64,000 nt of DNA from positions 6,076,001-6,140,000 of the forward strand of contig OX597841.1 of the NCBI GenBank assembly GCA_951406725.2, written 5' to 3'. Under the pieces are notes generated by a model. That model saw only the letters and a program-made list of their open reading frames with translations. It was not told the DNA's origin and made no database searches. Shown in pieces: positions 35,665-48,193 of this stretch (position 1 is its first letter; every line of letters begins with the position of its first letter). Source of the DNA: Octopus vulgaris. Taxonomy: Eukaryota. The position numbers were made by a program, and so were the translations under genes.

Positions 35665-36068
35665 AACTAGAGAAGCACTCGGAGAGCGCAGACCTCCGCC
35701 AAGCAGCTCCTTTTAAGATAGATACGCGAGTAAAATTACTAAAAGAAAAACGAAAATAAACTTTGGAAACAGCAACACCACCATAGGTTACGTGGAACCG
35801 ATGAACGTGTTTTCAAGGGAGATAACCAAAGAACGTAACATTGTGATACTTAGTGTAAAGCAAATATAACAAATGAAAAATCCTTCAAGAATCCATAAAA
35901 ATTCCCGGATCACTACCAAAATTTTAACATCTGTTCCTTGTTTCATTACTAAATTTTCTTGCAAGTTTCATCAAATACTGTTCGCAACTTTTTGAGTTAT
36001 TTTGCACACAGACAGACAGACAAACCAACGCTGATGAAAACATAACCTCCTTCCTTGGCGGAGGTAAT
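35665..36068. mobile_element. Non-autonomous Helentron-associated (HINE/DINE-like) element
   Basis: Subterminal inverted repeats ACCTCCGCCAAG / CTTGGCGGAGGT, terminal hairpin and (ACAG)n microsatellite. Confidence 0.6.
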
Positions 36069-36071
36069 AAA

Positions 36072-37150
36072 ACTCAAGAATGGTTTAAACGATTTCGCAG
36101 CGGAGAGCAGAGCCTTGAAGATCGTGAGCATAGTGGACGTCCATCTGTCATCAATGATGATCAATTAAAGACTGTCATTGAAAAAGATCCACATAAAACC
36201 ACTCAAGAACTGGCAAAAGAACTTCAAGTCAGCCAGAAAACTGCCTGCAACCATTTGCATGCAACCGAAAAATCAAAGAAGCTCGACAAATGGGGTCCAC
36301 ACGATTTGAATGAAAATCAGAAAATGCGCAGATAGGAAATTTGGCGGTGAGCTGGCAGAATCGTTAGCATGCTGGGCGAAATGCTTTGCAGTATTTCGTC
36401 CGCCGCTGCGTTCTAAGTTCAAATTCCGCCGAGGTCGACTTTGCCTTTCATCCTTTTGGCGTCGATAAATTAAGTACCAGTTACACACTGGGGGTCGATG
36501 TAATCGACTTAATACCTATGTCTGTCTTTGTTTGTCCCCTCTGTGTTTAACCCCTTGTGGGTAATAAAGAAATAGATATGAAATTTGCTCGTTGCTTCTT
36601 CTCCATAACAAAATCGTTCCATTTCTTGACCATATTGTAACTTGCGATGAAAAGAGGATTCTGTACAATAATGAAAACATGTTTTCTGCAGTGATTGAAC
36701 CAAAATGAGGCAACGAAAACCTTCCCTAAACACAAGCTCTTCAGAGAGAAGGTTATGGTGACTGTTTGGTGGTGTACTGCTGGACTCTTCCACTATAACT
36801 TCTGAAAACCTGGAAAAACCATTACTGCAGAAACATATTGCCATGAAATTGCCGAGATGAATGCAAAACTGAATCTTCTCCGTCCCAGAAGGGTCAACAG
36901 AAGGGGGCCAATATTTCTTCATGACAATGCTCGAACACTCGTTTCACTAATGATGCTCCAGAAGTTGAGGGAACTTGGCTACAAAGTTTTCCCCCACTCA
37001 GCTTATTCCCCAGACTTTTCTCCTAATGACTACCACTTTTTCAACCACCTTGATGGTTTCTAGCGAGAGAAGGAGTTAAAAAATCAAACCAATATTGAAA
37101 GTGCATTCAAAGAGTTCATCAGCTCCAGAACTCCCTAATTTTATGTTACA
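36072..37150 (+). pseudogene. mariner DD34D transposase remnant interrupted by a family-2 SINE (36343-36574)
   Basis: WFKRFRSG..SLEDREHSGRP, KLDKWGPHDL, IVTCDEK, LHDNAR...HSAYSPDFSPNDYHFF; SINE flanked by AGATA(G/T)GAAATT duplication. Confidence 0.85.
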
Positions 37151-37371
37151 AACTTGTAACTCATTGGTAACTCATCATCAAAGCCACTTTTTTTTCTGGA
37201 AAAGAAAGGGGGAAGGTGGTGTGGGACCTCGAAGTTTCCGGGAACCCAGAAAAGAAAGATTTGGCAGCTCTTATCTAACATGCCCTGCTACCGCGTAACA
37301 ACTATTTGTAATAAAGGGCCTGCTGTGATCGCAAATAGTTGCTAAAATTTACCCAAACAAATATAGTAAAT

Positions 37372-37613
37372 AAAAAGCACCAATCCGACCGTGGCCGTTT
37401 GCCAGCTCTGTCTGGCACCTGTGCGGGTGGCACGTAAAAAGCACCCACTACACTCACGGAGTGGTTGGCGTTAGGAAGGGCATCCACCCGTAGAAACACT
37501 GCCAGATCTGACTGGGCCTGATGAAGCCTTCTAGCTTCACAGACCCCAGTTGAACCGTCCAACCCATGCTAGCATGGAGAACAGACGTTAAACGATGATG
37601 ATGATGATGATGA
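37372..37613 (+). mobile_element. (GAT)n-tailed retroposon, one module
   Basis: Constant body and tail. Confidence 0.8.
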
Positions 37614-38599
37614 AAAATAAGAAATAAAAACATGACTTTTATAAATTATTTATCTTTATTTAGAAACGTATAATGAACAGGTTTCACAGGATACAACTTT
37701 ACACAGGCGAAAACCTTAAAGTTGACACCGTTCGCGACAATGAAAGTTTATTATTGGTTAAAAACAGTTTTTTTATTTTTAAACATCTGCAACTTTTTCT
37801 TCAAATTTTTCCTCAATAAATTCTTTGGTTCAAATAAATGTTTTAATATAACAAAATTTCAGATTTTTTTATGTCATCTGAAAAAGGGGGCTGATTTTGT
37901 GACTCATCCTAAGCAGATCCAAGTACAGTGAATATCGTCCTTCACAATTTGCTACTCATATGAAGTACATATGTATTTCAACAATTTCTATCAAATTTGT
38001 TGACTGCCATGACACTGCATCCTTTAAGGCCCTCATGCTTTCCGAAATCCGTCGAAACTACACCTGATTATATATACACTTTAGATGAGTTGTAGTGCAC
38101 CTGAGCACTGTACACAATGTTTATTATTATTATTATTATTATTATTAAATACACTCTCTTTTTTAAGCATAAAAATCCTCTTCCTGAGTGACAATAACTT
38201 ATATGTCAGACTGTGGCACAAGTTTTAGCTGTTTTGATACGAGAAATCGGTAAGGTTTGAAATGATTTCATTGGCATTTGTACCAAAGAGTGCTCTTTTG
38301 ACAGACAACACATTGATCTCATAAATGTTACATGGTAGAAATAAACACAATTACCAAACTTTCATTCATAAGACCATTTCTCATTCCATTTTTTTGCATT
38401 TCAATTTGTACATTTGTATAACCAACTGTTTACAAGTGCATTTGTCAAACAACGTCCTTTTTTTTTTTTAAAACATTATCTGCTGATATCAAAATAAGTA
38501 GTATATTGAAAAATAAAAATATTTTGTAAGTAGGGAGCCATTTGTGATTTCAAGGGTCAAAAGAGGGTATTTGGCCAAAATGGGTTAACAACCTTTATT

Positions 38600-39013
38600 C
38601 TAGAAAATAGATCTGGAGAGACTTCTGGATTTCATTTGGCAGAGGCTGTAGACTGCCAATTGTAGTTTCTGATTGCTGGTTTCTGATTGCTCGACTGATT
38701 TTGAAACCCTTACACTTCTCATGTTGGCTGCATTGGCAGCTCTCCTACATCCAGCTTGTTCTGGGGTTTCCGATGCCCTTTTTCTCCTCTTGGTAAGAGC
38801 ATTTAATGCTCTTCGGGATGCAGCTTGTTCAGGGGTTTGAGACTCCCTAAGTTTTTGCATGTTCTCAGCATTGCAGGCTCTCCTCATTGCAGCTTTCTCT
38901 GCATTTTCATTCGCACGGGACTTTCTCTTCCTCGCTGCATCCTTGGCCCTTTTTATTGCAATCTCTTCCTCTGTTGGTGGAGATTTATTTTTAGGGGGCA
39001 TTCTGCTGCCCAT
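38600..39013 (-). CDS. STPR-repeat (4 x 23 aa) putative DNA-binding protein
   Basis: PPTEEEIAIKRAKDAARKRKSRA / NENAEKAAMRRACNAENMQKLRE / SQTPEQAASRRALNALTKRRKRA / SETPEQAGCRRAANAANMRSVRV: exact 23-residue period, basic and helical. Confidence 0.7.
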   Translation of the reverse strand: MGSRMPPKNKSPPTEEEIAIKRAKDAARKRKSRANENAEKAAMRRACNAENMQKLRESQTPEQAASRRALNALTKRRKRASETPEQAGCRRAANAANMRSVRVSKSVEQSETSNQKLQLAVYSLCQMKSRSLSRSIF

Positions 39014-39225
39014 GGGATAGGCAACTACGCAAGAACTCTAGATTGATCGCCGCATTCAAGCATTACATAAATATTTAACATTACCTTTTAACAGTTCAAT
39101 GATAATTCTTCTGTCGTCCCTTAATTTAAAGACAATTTGATGTAGTAGCTCCTTACTTTTTGTACAAACATTTATTTCTATTTCATGAATGACTTTCACA
39201 ATAAATTTTGATTATTCCCAAATTT

Positions 39226-39850
39226 ATATCAGAGTGGTATGATGACTCCTGTATATCTTTTGACATTTCTCCAAGGAATAAAAACAAAACCAAATCCTTT
39301 AGCTGTTTCACCCTATTACATTAATCCCTTGAAATTATTCTTTGTTCATCACAATATTTCAATAGTTTTCCTGTGTCTGTTTTTATGCAAATACCTCTGT
39401 GGTTATCAACTGTGATCGTTATCAATGTCTAAAGATGCTGCAAACCCCTTTAGAAATATATTCAAGTTTAATTAGAATGCCAAAGCAACAGGTAAGGAGA
39501 TGGAGAAATGTTGCTATGAATCTCAGGTGAGAGCAGATATTTCATAGCAATCCAACCCTAGATTTATAGCAGTAGGGTTATTATATCTGTTCCCTAAGAC
39601 ATTTTCCTTTAGTCTTTAAGACATGATAGATATTCCAGATGTATCCAATGTACAGAAGTCGTTTTTGTGCCAATATCATCCGTAAATCTGAAATAATAAA
39701 GAAACAGAATTAGATAGAGAGGAGAGATCAAAATGGAAGTGTTACAACATTTCTTTATTAATTAACAAATGACATCAAATAACATTGGGTGGAATAAAAA
39801 TATTTCTAAACTACAGCTACACCTTCACATTGTCTAAGATTATATACTTT
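39226..39850 (-). other. ZNF-F 5' cassette (intron end, acceptor at 39688-39689, leader, first 14 codons) lacking its finger array
   Basis: Near-identical to 32759-33383 of ZNF-E; homology stops abruptly after [14 protein letters not shown]. Confidence 0.85.
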
Positions 39851-40332
39851 TCTTCTTTCAGTCATTACTCTGTGGCCATGCTGGGGCACCACACTGGAGA
39901 ATTTGAGGCAAACGAATTGATCTCAATACTTATAAATTAATCTATTGGTTTCGTTGTTATTTATTGTATTGGTCTCTTTTCCTGAGCTGACAAGTTACAG
40001 GGACATAAACAAACCAACACTGGTTATCAAGTGTTGGTGCTGGGGGAGACACACACACATGCACACATGAATGCATGTATATATGGCAGGCTTCTTTTAG
40101 TTTCCAAATTTACCAAATCCTCATGTAACTCTTCAACCTAAGGCTATAGTAAAAGACACTTGCCCAAGGTGCCATACTGTGGAACTGAACCCAGAACCAT
40201 ATGGTTGGGAAGCAAACTTCTTACCACATAATTACAATGTTGGCATTACTCATTTTTGCCAGCTGAGTGGACTGGAGCAACATGAACAAGAACACAACGT
40301 GTCGCCCGGTCCAGGAATCGAAACCACAATCT

Positions 40333-41450
40333 TAAGTTAAGTTAATTTTTTGGCTCAAAAAGCAAGGCCATGTAGGGGGACATGGAGTTATGTACAGGGA
40401 GGGTGTTCATGCAAAGAGTTCGGGCCATTTCTGGTCAAGAGAGACTTTGAACCGAGCGGTCGTCGACATCTTCACCATCTCGTCCAGCAGCTTATTCCAT
40501 GGATCTGCAAACTGGACGGAGAAAGCCCCTCTCCTTCGATTGGGATGAAATCGTCGCAGATAGAGCTTTTCGGAGTGACCCCGCAGCCGACGCTCTATGT
40601 GTGTCTGTGTGTGTATATATAGTTAAGTTAATTTTTTGGCTCAAAAAGCAAAAAGTAAGGCCATGTAGGGGGACATGGAGTTATGTACAGGGAGGGTGTT
40701 CATGCAAAGAGTTCGGGCCATTTCTGGTCAAGAGAGACTTTGAACCGAGCGGTCGTCGACATCTTCACCATCTCGTCCAGCAGCTTATTCCATGGATCTG
40801 CAAACTGGACGGAGAAAGCCCCTCTCCTTCGATTGAGATGAAATCGTCGCAGATAGAGCTTTTCGGAGTGACGCTCTATGTGTGTGTGTGTATATAGTTA
40901 AGTTAATTTTTTGGCTCAAAAAAGCAAAAAGCAAGGCCATGTAGGGGGACATGGAGTTATGTACAGGGAGGGTGTTCATGCAAAGAGTTCGGGCCATTTC
41001 TGGTCAAGAGAGACTTTGAACCGAGCGGACGTCGGCATCTTCACTATCTCGTCCGGCAGCTTATTCCACGGATCCGCAATCCGGACGGAGAAGGCCCCAC
41101 TCCTTCGATTGGGATGAAATCGTCGCAGATAGAGCTTTTTGGAGTGACCCAGCAGCCGACGCTCTATGTGTGTGTGTGTGTGTATATATAGTTAAGCTAA
41201 TTTTTTGGCTCAAAAAGCAAAAAGCAAGGCCATGTAGGGGGACATGGAGTTATGTACAGGGAGGGTGTTCATGCAAAGAGTTCAGGCCATTTCTGGTCAA
41301 GAGAGACTTTGAACCGAGCGGTCGTCGGCATCTTCACTATCTCGTCCGGCAGCTTATTCCACGGATCCGCAAACCAGACGGAAAAAGCCCCTCTCCTTCG
41401 ATTGGGATGAAATCGTCGCAGATAGAGCTTTTCGGAGTGACCCCGCAGCC
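40333..41450 (-). repeat. Four tandem ~290-bp copies of a CR1/L2-type LINE 3' end, inserted in a SINE
   Basis: Each unit encodes LRRFHPNRRRGAFSV..ADPWNKL.DEMVKM.T.ARFKVSLDQKW* plus an AACTT tail; SINE sequence resumes at ~41451. Confidence 0.85.
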
Positions 41451-41789
41451 TACGATCATGATGCTGACACCCTAACCTCTAAGCCACGTGCCTCCACAAA
41501 TATATTATACCCAGTGATTTTAAGAGGTATGAGAAAGATATTTTGCTTTTATATCATACCTTTACTTGTTTCCCACATATGCATAAACTTTCATGTGTAT
41601 TTTAGATGAATTCTTTATCATTCTTTATCTCTCCATAGACTTCGTTTTCACTCACTTCTATAACCTCTGCATTTTCACTTATTATTAATTTCAAACTTCT
41701 TTGAATTTCCAGTCTAATGTAATCCACATTCTCTCGAAAACACATTTCTGCAAAATGTTATCTGAAATTATGAGACTGAACCCGATACC

Positions 41790-42170
41790 AACATCATGGT
41801 TCCGGGTTCGGTCCCACTGTGTGGCACCTTGGGCAAGTGTCTTCTACTATAGCCTCGGGCCGACCAAAGCCTTGTGAGTGGATTTGGTAGACGGAAACTG
41901 AAAGAAGCCCGTCGTATATATGTATATATATATGTGTGTGTGTGTGTATGTGTTTGTGCGTCTGTGTTTGTCCCCCTAGCATTGCTTGACAACCGATGCT
42001 GGTGTGTTTACGTCCCCGTCACTTAGCGGTTCGGCAAAAAGAGACCGATAGAATAAGTACTGGGCTTACAAAAGAATAAGTCCCGGGGTCGAGATGCTCG
42101 ATTAAAGGCGGTGCTCCAGCATGGCCGCAGTCAAATGACTGAAACAAGTAAAAGAGTAAAAAGAGTAAAG
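41790..42170 (+). mobile_element. SINE family 1
   Basis: Match to family 1. Confidence 0.85.
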
Positions 42171-42199
42171 AAAGAAACAGCAAAAGATATTTGAAAACG

Positions 42200-42780
42200 G
42201 TGGGGTGAAATTTCCGACTGTTCCACCCCACCCACCCCGTTTTCCAGACCAAACAAGGGGAGGGGGGTTCTGTGGCATATTACGATCTCACTGTAATTCA
42301 TTCAATGAAAAGAAAAACAACAACATTTCCAGTGTTTCCAAGATGAGGGGGAGGGGTCCGGTTCCTCCCCCCCGAACAAAAATATGGGGTTTGCAGCATA
42401 TTAGGTGTTCAGAGTACTTGATTTCTTGCAAAAAATCCGAGGTTTTTTTTTTTTTTCCTGATTGAAAATCGTGTGGGTGTGCTTCCCAAAGGAGTGGGGT
42501 GGTGAAATTTCCGAGGATTCCACCCCACCCCACCCCGTTTTCCGGACCAAAATAAGGGGGTTTGTGACATATAAGGCAGCCACCGTAATTCATTCAACGA
42601 AAAAAAAAAAAAAATTTCAAATGATTCCGGGAGTGGGGGAACCCCCACCTTTTTTCCGAACAAAAATAAGGTGTTTGCGGCATATTAGGAAAGTCAGAGT
42701 ACTTGATTCCACGCAAAAATTCCGAGGTTTTTTTTTTTTTTTTTTTTTTTTTTCCTTAGTGAAAATCGCGCGGGTGAAAG
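42200..42780. repeat. Degenerate ~295-bp direct duplication rich in G/C and T/A runs
   Basis: GGTGAAATTTCCGA...CCACCCCGTTTTCC.GACCAAA at ~42204 and ~42501. Confidence 0.6.
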
Positions 42781-43109
42781 AATCGAAATTGACCGAAACA
42801 ATAAAGTCAGGGGGCGGTGCATATATGTAAGAATACCGAGTTCAAATCCCGCTGAGGTCGAACTTGCCTTTCGTCCTTTTAAGCGCTGATAAAATAAATA
42901 CCAGTTGAATGTTGGGGTAGATGTAACCGACTTTTGGCCCTCATGCTTTCCGAAATCCGTCGAAACTACACCTGATTATATATGCACGTTAGATGAGTTG
43001 TAGTGCACCTGAGCACTGTACACAATGTTTATTATTATTATTATTATTTTCCCTTCTCTGATATTGCTGGCGTTGTGTCAAATTCTGAACCCGCAATATT
43101 CAGGAACAT

Positions 43110-43707
43110 TTTTCCCAACACCTTTCTCATCCCCGTCTGTCTCCTCTCTAACGGTATCGATATTACTGAAAACAGTTTGTTTTACAAGTGTACAAGCGAT
43201 TCACGTTCTCCTTATTATAATTTTCGAGCAATTCTTGAAGTTGGCAAACGTCTGAGTCAATTAATTACGGTTCAGTTTCTTGTCTTAGATATCACAGACT
43301 TCTGTTTGCAAGGGTGGATCAGATGTAACGAAGATATAGTCTCTACTTACCAGTAGAATGTTTGATATAAAGTCCAAACAAAAAAGGAAGGAGGCCGAGG
43401 AAAGTTCATCGACTGATTTCTTGTTGATTAAAAGCCATTTCCCCTTTTTCTGTAAAATAGGGGAAAACCAATTAACGACGTAAAGATGTGATTAAATTAA
43501 ATAATTAACCAGGAAAGTGATGGAACACCGACCCTCAAACATGCAGTTGGCCCAGTTTTGTACACAAACAGTGAAGTTCTTCTTCCACATAAGATATAAC
43601 CAGGCGTAACTCAATGAAACACAAAGATTAGACGATTTCATTGATAATTTTCCAGAGTGTCAATGAGGCCGGTGACACATATTAAAAGTCCCCAACATAA
43701 TATAATA
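43110..43707 (-). promoter_or_regulatory. Type-2 promoter/exon-1 cassette of locus F
   Basis: Donor at 43351/43350; near-identical to 24734-25330 over ~600 bp. Confidence 0.7.
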
Positions 43708-43932
43708 TTTCAGTTTCCGTCTACCAAATCCACTCACAAGGCTTTGGTCGGCCCGAGGCTATAGCAGAAGACACTTGCCTAAGGTGCCACGCAGTGAGAC
43801 TGAACCCGGAACCATGTGGTTGGTAAGCAAGCTACTTACCACACAGCCACTCTTGCACCTATATATATATACGACGGGCTTCTTTCAGTTTCCGTCTACC
43901 AAATCCACTCACAAGGCTTTAAGCAAGTCTAC

Positions 43933-44012
<80 letters not shown>

Positions 44013-44196
44013 TATACATATATACATATATACGACGGGCTTCTTTCAGTTTCCGTCTACCAAATCCACTCACAAGGCTTTGGTCGGTCCGAGGCTATAG
44101 CAGAAGACACTTGCTCAAGATGCCACGCAGTGGGACTGAACCCGGGACCATGTGGTTGGTTAGCAAGCTACTTACCACACAGCCACTCCTGCGCCT
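43708..44196 (-). mobile_element. Stacked 5' halves of SINE family 1 with a long (TA)n
   Basis: Three partial copies of TTTCAGTTTCCGTCTACCAAATCCACTCACAAGG. Confidence 0.8.
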
Positions 44197-44491
44197 GGTT
44201 AATGTTGACATTACTAACCCGGAAACGAAATTAAAAAAAAAAACAAACAAAAAAACAGTGCCAAGGGTGTAAAAAAAAGGTGTAGGAAACGAATATGAGA
44301 ATAAAAATTATGGGGAAGCAACGGGAAGTATTTCGTTTTATGGAGACACGTGAAAATTCACAAAATCTAATGTTTTTCCTACGTAATTTTGAAAAAAATA
44401 TAATCCTTTTGAAATCACAAATTAGGCTTTAACCTCAAGAACTGAGATGCTAAACATCCCTTTGAAGGGTTCGGGTCCTTATTTCTAGTAT

Positions 44492-44713
44492 AGCTGGCAG
44501 AAACGTTAGCACGCCGGGCGACCTGCGTAGCCGTATTTCGTCTGTCGTTACGTTCCGAGTTCAAATTCCGCCGAGGTCGACTTTGCCTTTCATCCTTTCG
44601 GGGTCGATAAATTAAGTACCAGTTACGCACTGGAGTCGATGTAATCGACTTAATCCCTTTGTCTGTCCTTGTTTGTCCCCTCTGTGTTTAGCCCCTTGTG
44701 GGTAGTAAAGAAA
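44492..44713 (+). mobile_element. SINE family 2
   Basis: Match to 14993-15213. Confidence 0.85.
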
Positions 44714-45058
44714 TATATATATATATATAAATATATATATATATATGTGGATCTTTTCCTTTTGAACGGCAGATGTCAACACGATTTCTAGTTAACTAAA
44801 CACTTTTAAATTTATTATACTGGTAGAATGTTTTTATCAAACATAATTTTTTCTTGGCTTTATTGAGAAAATTCTATATGTTGTAAGATATTTCGTCTGA
44901 AAATCCGAGCATTTCGGCAATTTTAACCAATCGATTACCTCCATTCAACTAATTATCAATAATAATAAAGGGTAAAATTAATTAATTAACTAGTAATTAG
45001 TAATTCCACCAAGTAATATTCGGCATGTTAAAAGGACCATTTTTCGGTAAACTTAAAC

Positions 45059-45289
45059 AATATTTTATAATTATGAGTATAATTATAATTAGGGTTCAGC
45101 AAAAATTTGCTTTACTACATACCGAACTTTAGAAATAGCAGCCAAAGAACCTTAGCTATTTCTTCTACTATAAGAAACTAGTAGAAGAAATAGCTAAGGT
45201 TCTTTGGCTGCTATTTCTAAAGTTTGGTATGTAGTAAAGCAAATTTTTGCTGAACCCTAATTATAATTATACTCATAATTATAAAATAT

Positions 45290-45290
<1 letters not shown>
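45059..45290. repeat. Near-perfect palindrome, 112-bp arms, 8-nt loop
   Basis: Arms 45059-45170 and 45179-45290; one mismatch seen. Confidence 0.92.
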
Positions 45291-45322
<32 letters not shown>

Positions 45323-45324
45323 AC

Positions 45325-45382
<58 letters not shown>

Positions 45383-45878
45383 TGTGTGTGTGTGTGTATA
45401 GTAAAAGAACTCGAACCCTTCAAAGGGACGTTTAGTATCTAAGTTCCTGAGGAAAAGCCTAATTTCTGATTTCAAAAGGATTATATTTTCCTCAAAGTTA
45501 CGAGGGAAAAACATCGGATCTTGCGAATTTTCCAAAGTCCTCTCCCCACCCACTCGGAAAAAATTTCCCCCTACAAATTTCTTTATAATCGTAATCTATA
45601 CCGTTTGAGGATCTTTTCCTTTTGAACGGCAGTTTTTAACATAATTTCTAGGTAACTAAACACTTTTAAACTTCGTATACTGGTAGAATGTGTTTATAAA
45701 ACATCTTTTTCTCTTGGTTTTATTGAGAAAATTAGGATCTTTTTCCTTTTGAACGGCAGTTTGTAACATAATTTCTAGGTAACTAAAAAGATCACCGTTG
45801 GAAAGGTACTTATATAAAACTTGATTAAAACAAAAAACCTCATTTTCCTAAAAGTTATGAGGGAACATTAGAAAAATA

Positions 45879-46177
45879 CAGGGTGTCCATAAAGTCAGGG
45901 TGCAATGCTACAAAATTGCTTTTCGTTCTGAAGCTTGAAAATTAGAACTGAAAATAACTGACGTTATTGAAGGTATTACTGAAATATCAGCTGGCAGATG
46001 TTTCCAAGTGCTGCAGAATCATTTTTCTCTTTGTGTTAGTAATGATGGTGGACGTATTTAAAATGAACAAGATGAATAAAAAATTTAGTTCATTCACTTT
46101 TACAAATTAATTCTATCCTGTATAGTTACGAAGATACAAGCATTTTCAATTGCACCACGACTTTAATCGACACCCTG
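45879..46177. mobile_element. Tc1/mariner-type MITE
   Basis: TA|CAGGGTGTCCATAAAGTCAGGGTGCAAT ... ATTGCACCACGACTTTAATCGACACCCTG. Confidence 0.65.
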
Positions 46178-47039
46178 CAGTAAGTTAGGTCCACAGCGTT
46201 GTTTTAAGGGTCCGTGAAACAGGTTTCCTTCTCTAGCATTTTACATAGTCGAACCTTACACAAGAAAGACCATCTATAAAATTAGTCTGAACCCATAAAG
46301 AGCTGGGATTTGCATTTACACAGCATGGACAGCTGAGCGCAGTTTATGAAAATGGGACTACCATGCACAGATAAAAAAAAATAGTTAAAATATCCTCCTA
46401 GTTATATAATGATGGCAAGTTTTACATCATCTGAAAAGCCATTAGTTGAACTATATTAGTCCTCTTGCATTCTAAGGGGTTATCAGAGCGTTTGAGTAAC
46501 ATTAGACCCCCAATAAACACCTATAAATTAAACGCATCTATCTGGGTCACGATAGTAGCCTGTCGACCTGTGTCTGACAGCCACAATCGTGACCCGTCGT
46601 CGCACTTTATCTGTTAAACATCGAATGGCTATGGGAGACGACCAGAATAAAATAGCAACCAAAGGGGGTCCATAGACAAAAAAAGGGGGGGGGAGTGTTG
46701 AGAATCACTGTTGGAGAGAAATTTGTGCAAAATGGGTCTGTGCGCATCTCTCCATAAGTGGAAACATAACAAGGAATCTCCCAAGTGCTGCCAAGTGGTT
46801 ATCTCCTCTTCGCCAGCAGAAATCGGAAAGGGTGAGGCAGCCAACTGCGTCATTTATATAATTGGATACTTGAAGTGGACAGATGTGCACTTACAATAAA
46901 GCCATTACACAATAAAGACTGCTTCAATTATATATATATATATACATATATAGATATATATCAAGACGCGACAGAGAATATATTTAGAGCGATGCTTTGA
47001 AAACAAACGGGAATTGATGTCTAAAGAAGCAAGAAGCTA

Positions 47040-47164
47040 AACGAAGGTTTATGTCGCAGAATCTTTAAAAGTGGACAAGAATCTCCAGAAAATCGCGATC
47101 TAAGAACGAAAGAATTTTGATTTGCAGTTTGGTCGACGCCCCGATTTACTGTCGAGAAACAGCG
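47040..47164 (+). promoter_or_regulatory. Candidate non-coding exon 1 of ZNF-G
   Basis: CpG-containing patch ending in consensus donor GCG|GTAAGT upstream of the 49953 acceptor; no paralogous support. Confidence 0.4.
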
Positions 47165-48193
47165 GTAAGTTGACAAAGATTTACTCTAATAATAATAATA
47201 AATCTGTAATAACGTTTGTAAATAATAGAATTGTCATTATGTAGAAGGGACCCTTCAACGATTCAGTAATTCTATGCAAGTGGAATCACATAAGAACATT
47301 AGAAGAAAGATATTTGTTGCTCCAAGTCGTCGTTTTGCAGACTTTTGCCTACAGAAATAATATTTCCAAACTGAAATGTCGATCTGTTATTTTTGAAAAT
47401 ATCAGCGTTACGTGTGATATATAAAGTAAAGTATATAGATTTGCTAACTGAAAACGCTTTCATTTTTTTCACACACGGAAATTTATCCTCTTCTCCACAT
47501 TATGCTCTGAATTAACTGAATAAACACATTTTAAACAATAACAAATCAACAAGATTATTCTAATGATCTTAATAATTACTATTCGTGTTTATAGTTCTAA
47601 TTATTATATTTGTGGGACAATGAAACGGGAGCTAGATGTCAGGATACTTTCCTTTTACCTTTTTTCCTATTTTTTTCCCTGGCTTTTTTCCCCCTTATTT
47701 TCTCTTTTCCTTGTCTTTCTTTAATAAAAACCCGTGTAAAGATTTCCAATTACCCACCGAGGGCAGTCCGACTCCTATTTCAGATTACCCCCTGCACTGT
47801 TCTCTTTAATCCGTCTTTAATTTTGCTAAAATAATGTATTCTATAACGAAAAATGTCGGATTTAAAAAAAAAACACTTCCGAATCTGTTTTCACAAACGT
47901 CATTTCTTTATATGTCAAAATGTAATTCAAAGAAAGAAGGAACTAGCAAATAAAATCAGAGATGTGGCTGTTATTTCTGACTACCCGGAAGATTTTTAAA
48001 AAACATCACGAATCTAATGGGGGAGAAAGGTGCGCCCTTCCTATAACAAACAGTCAACATTTAACAGGCAGCGAAGTGGTCACTCTACATGCTAGAAATA
48101 ACAGCAAATAACTGTCGGGTCAGTCACAGGATCGGGGGTAGGTTGCATTTGTCAATGTTAATAGATTCTTGCTTCGCCCTTAATTAAAAGACT

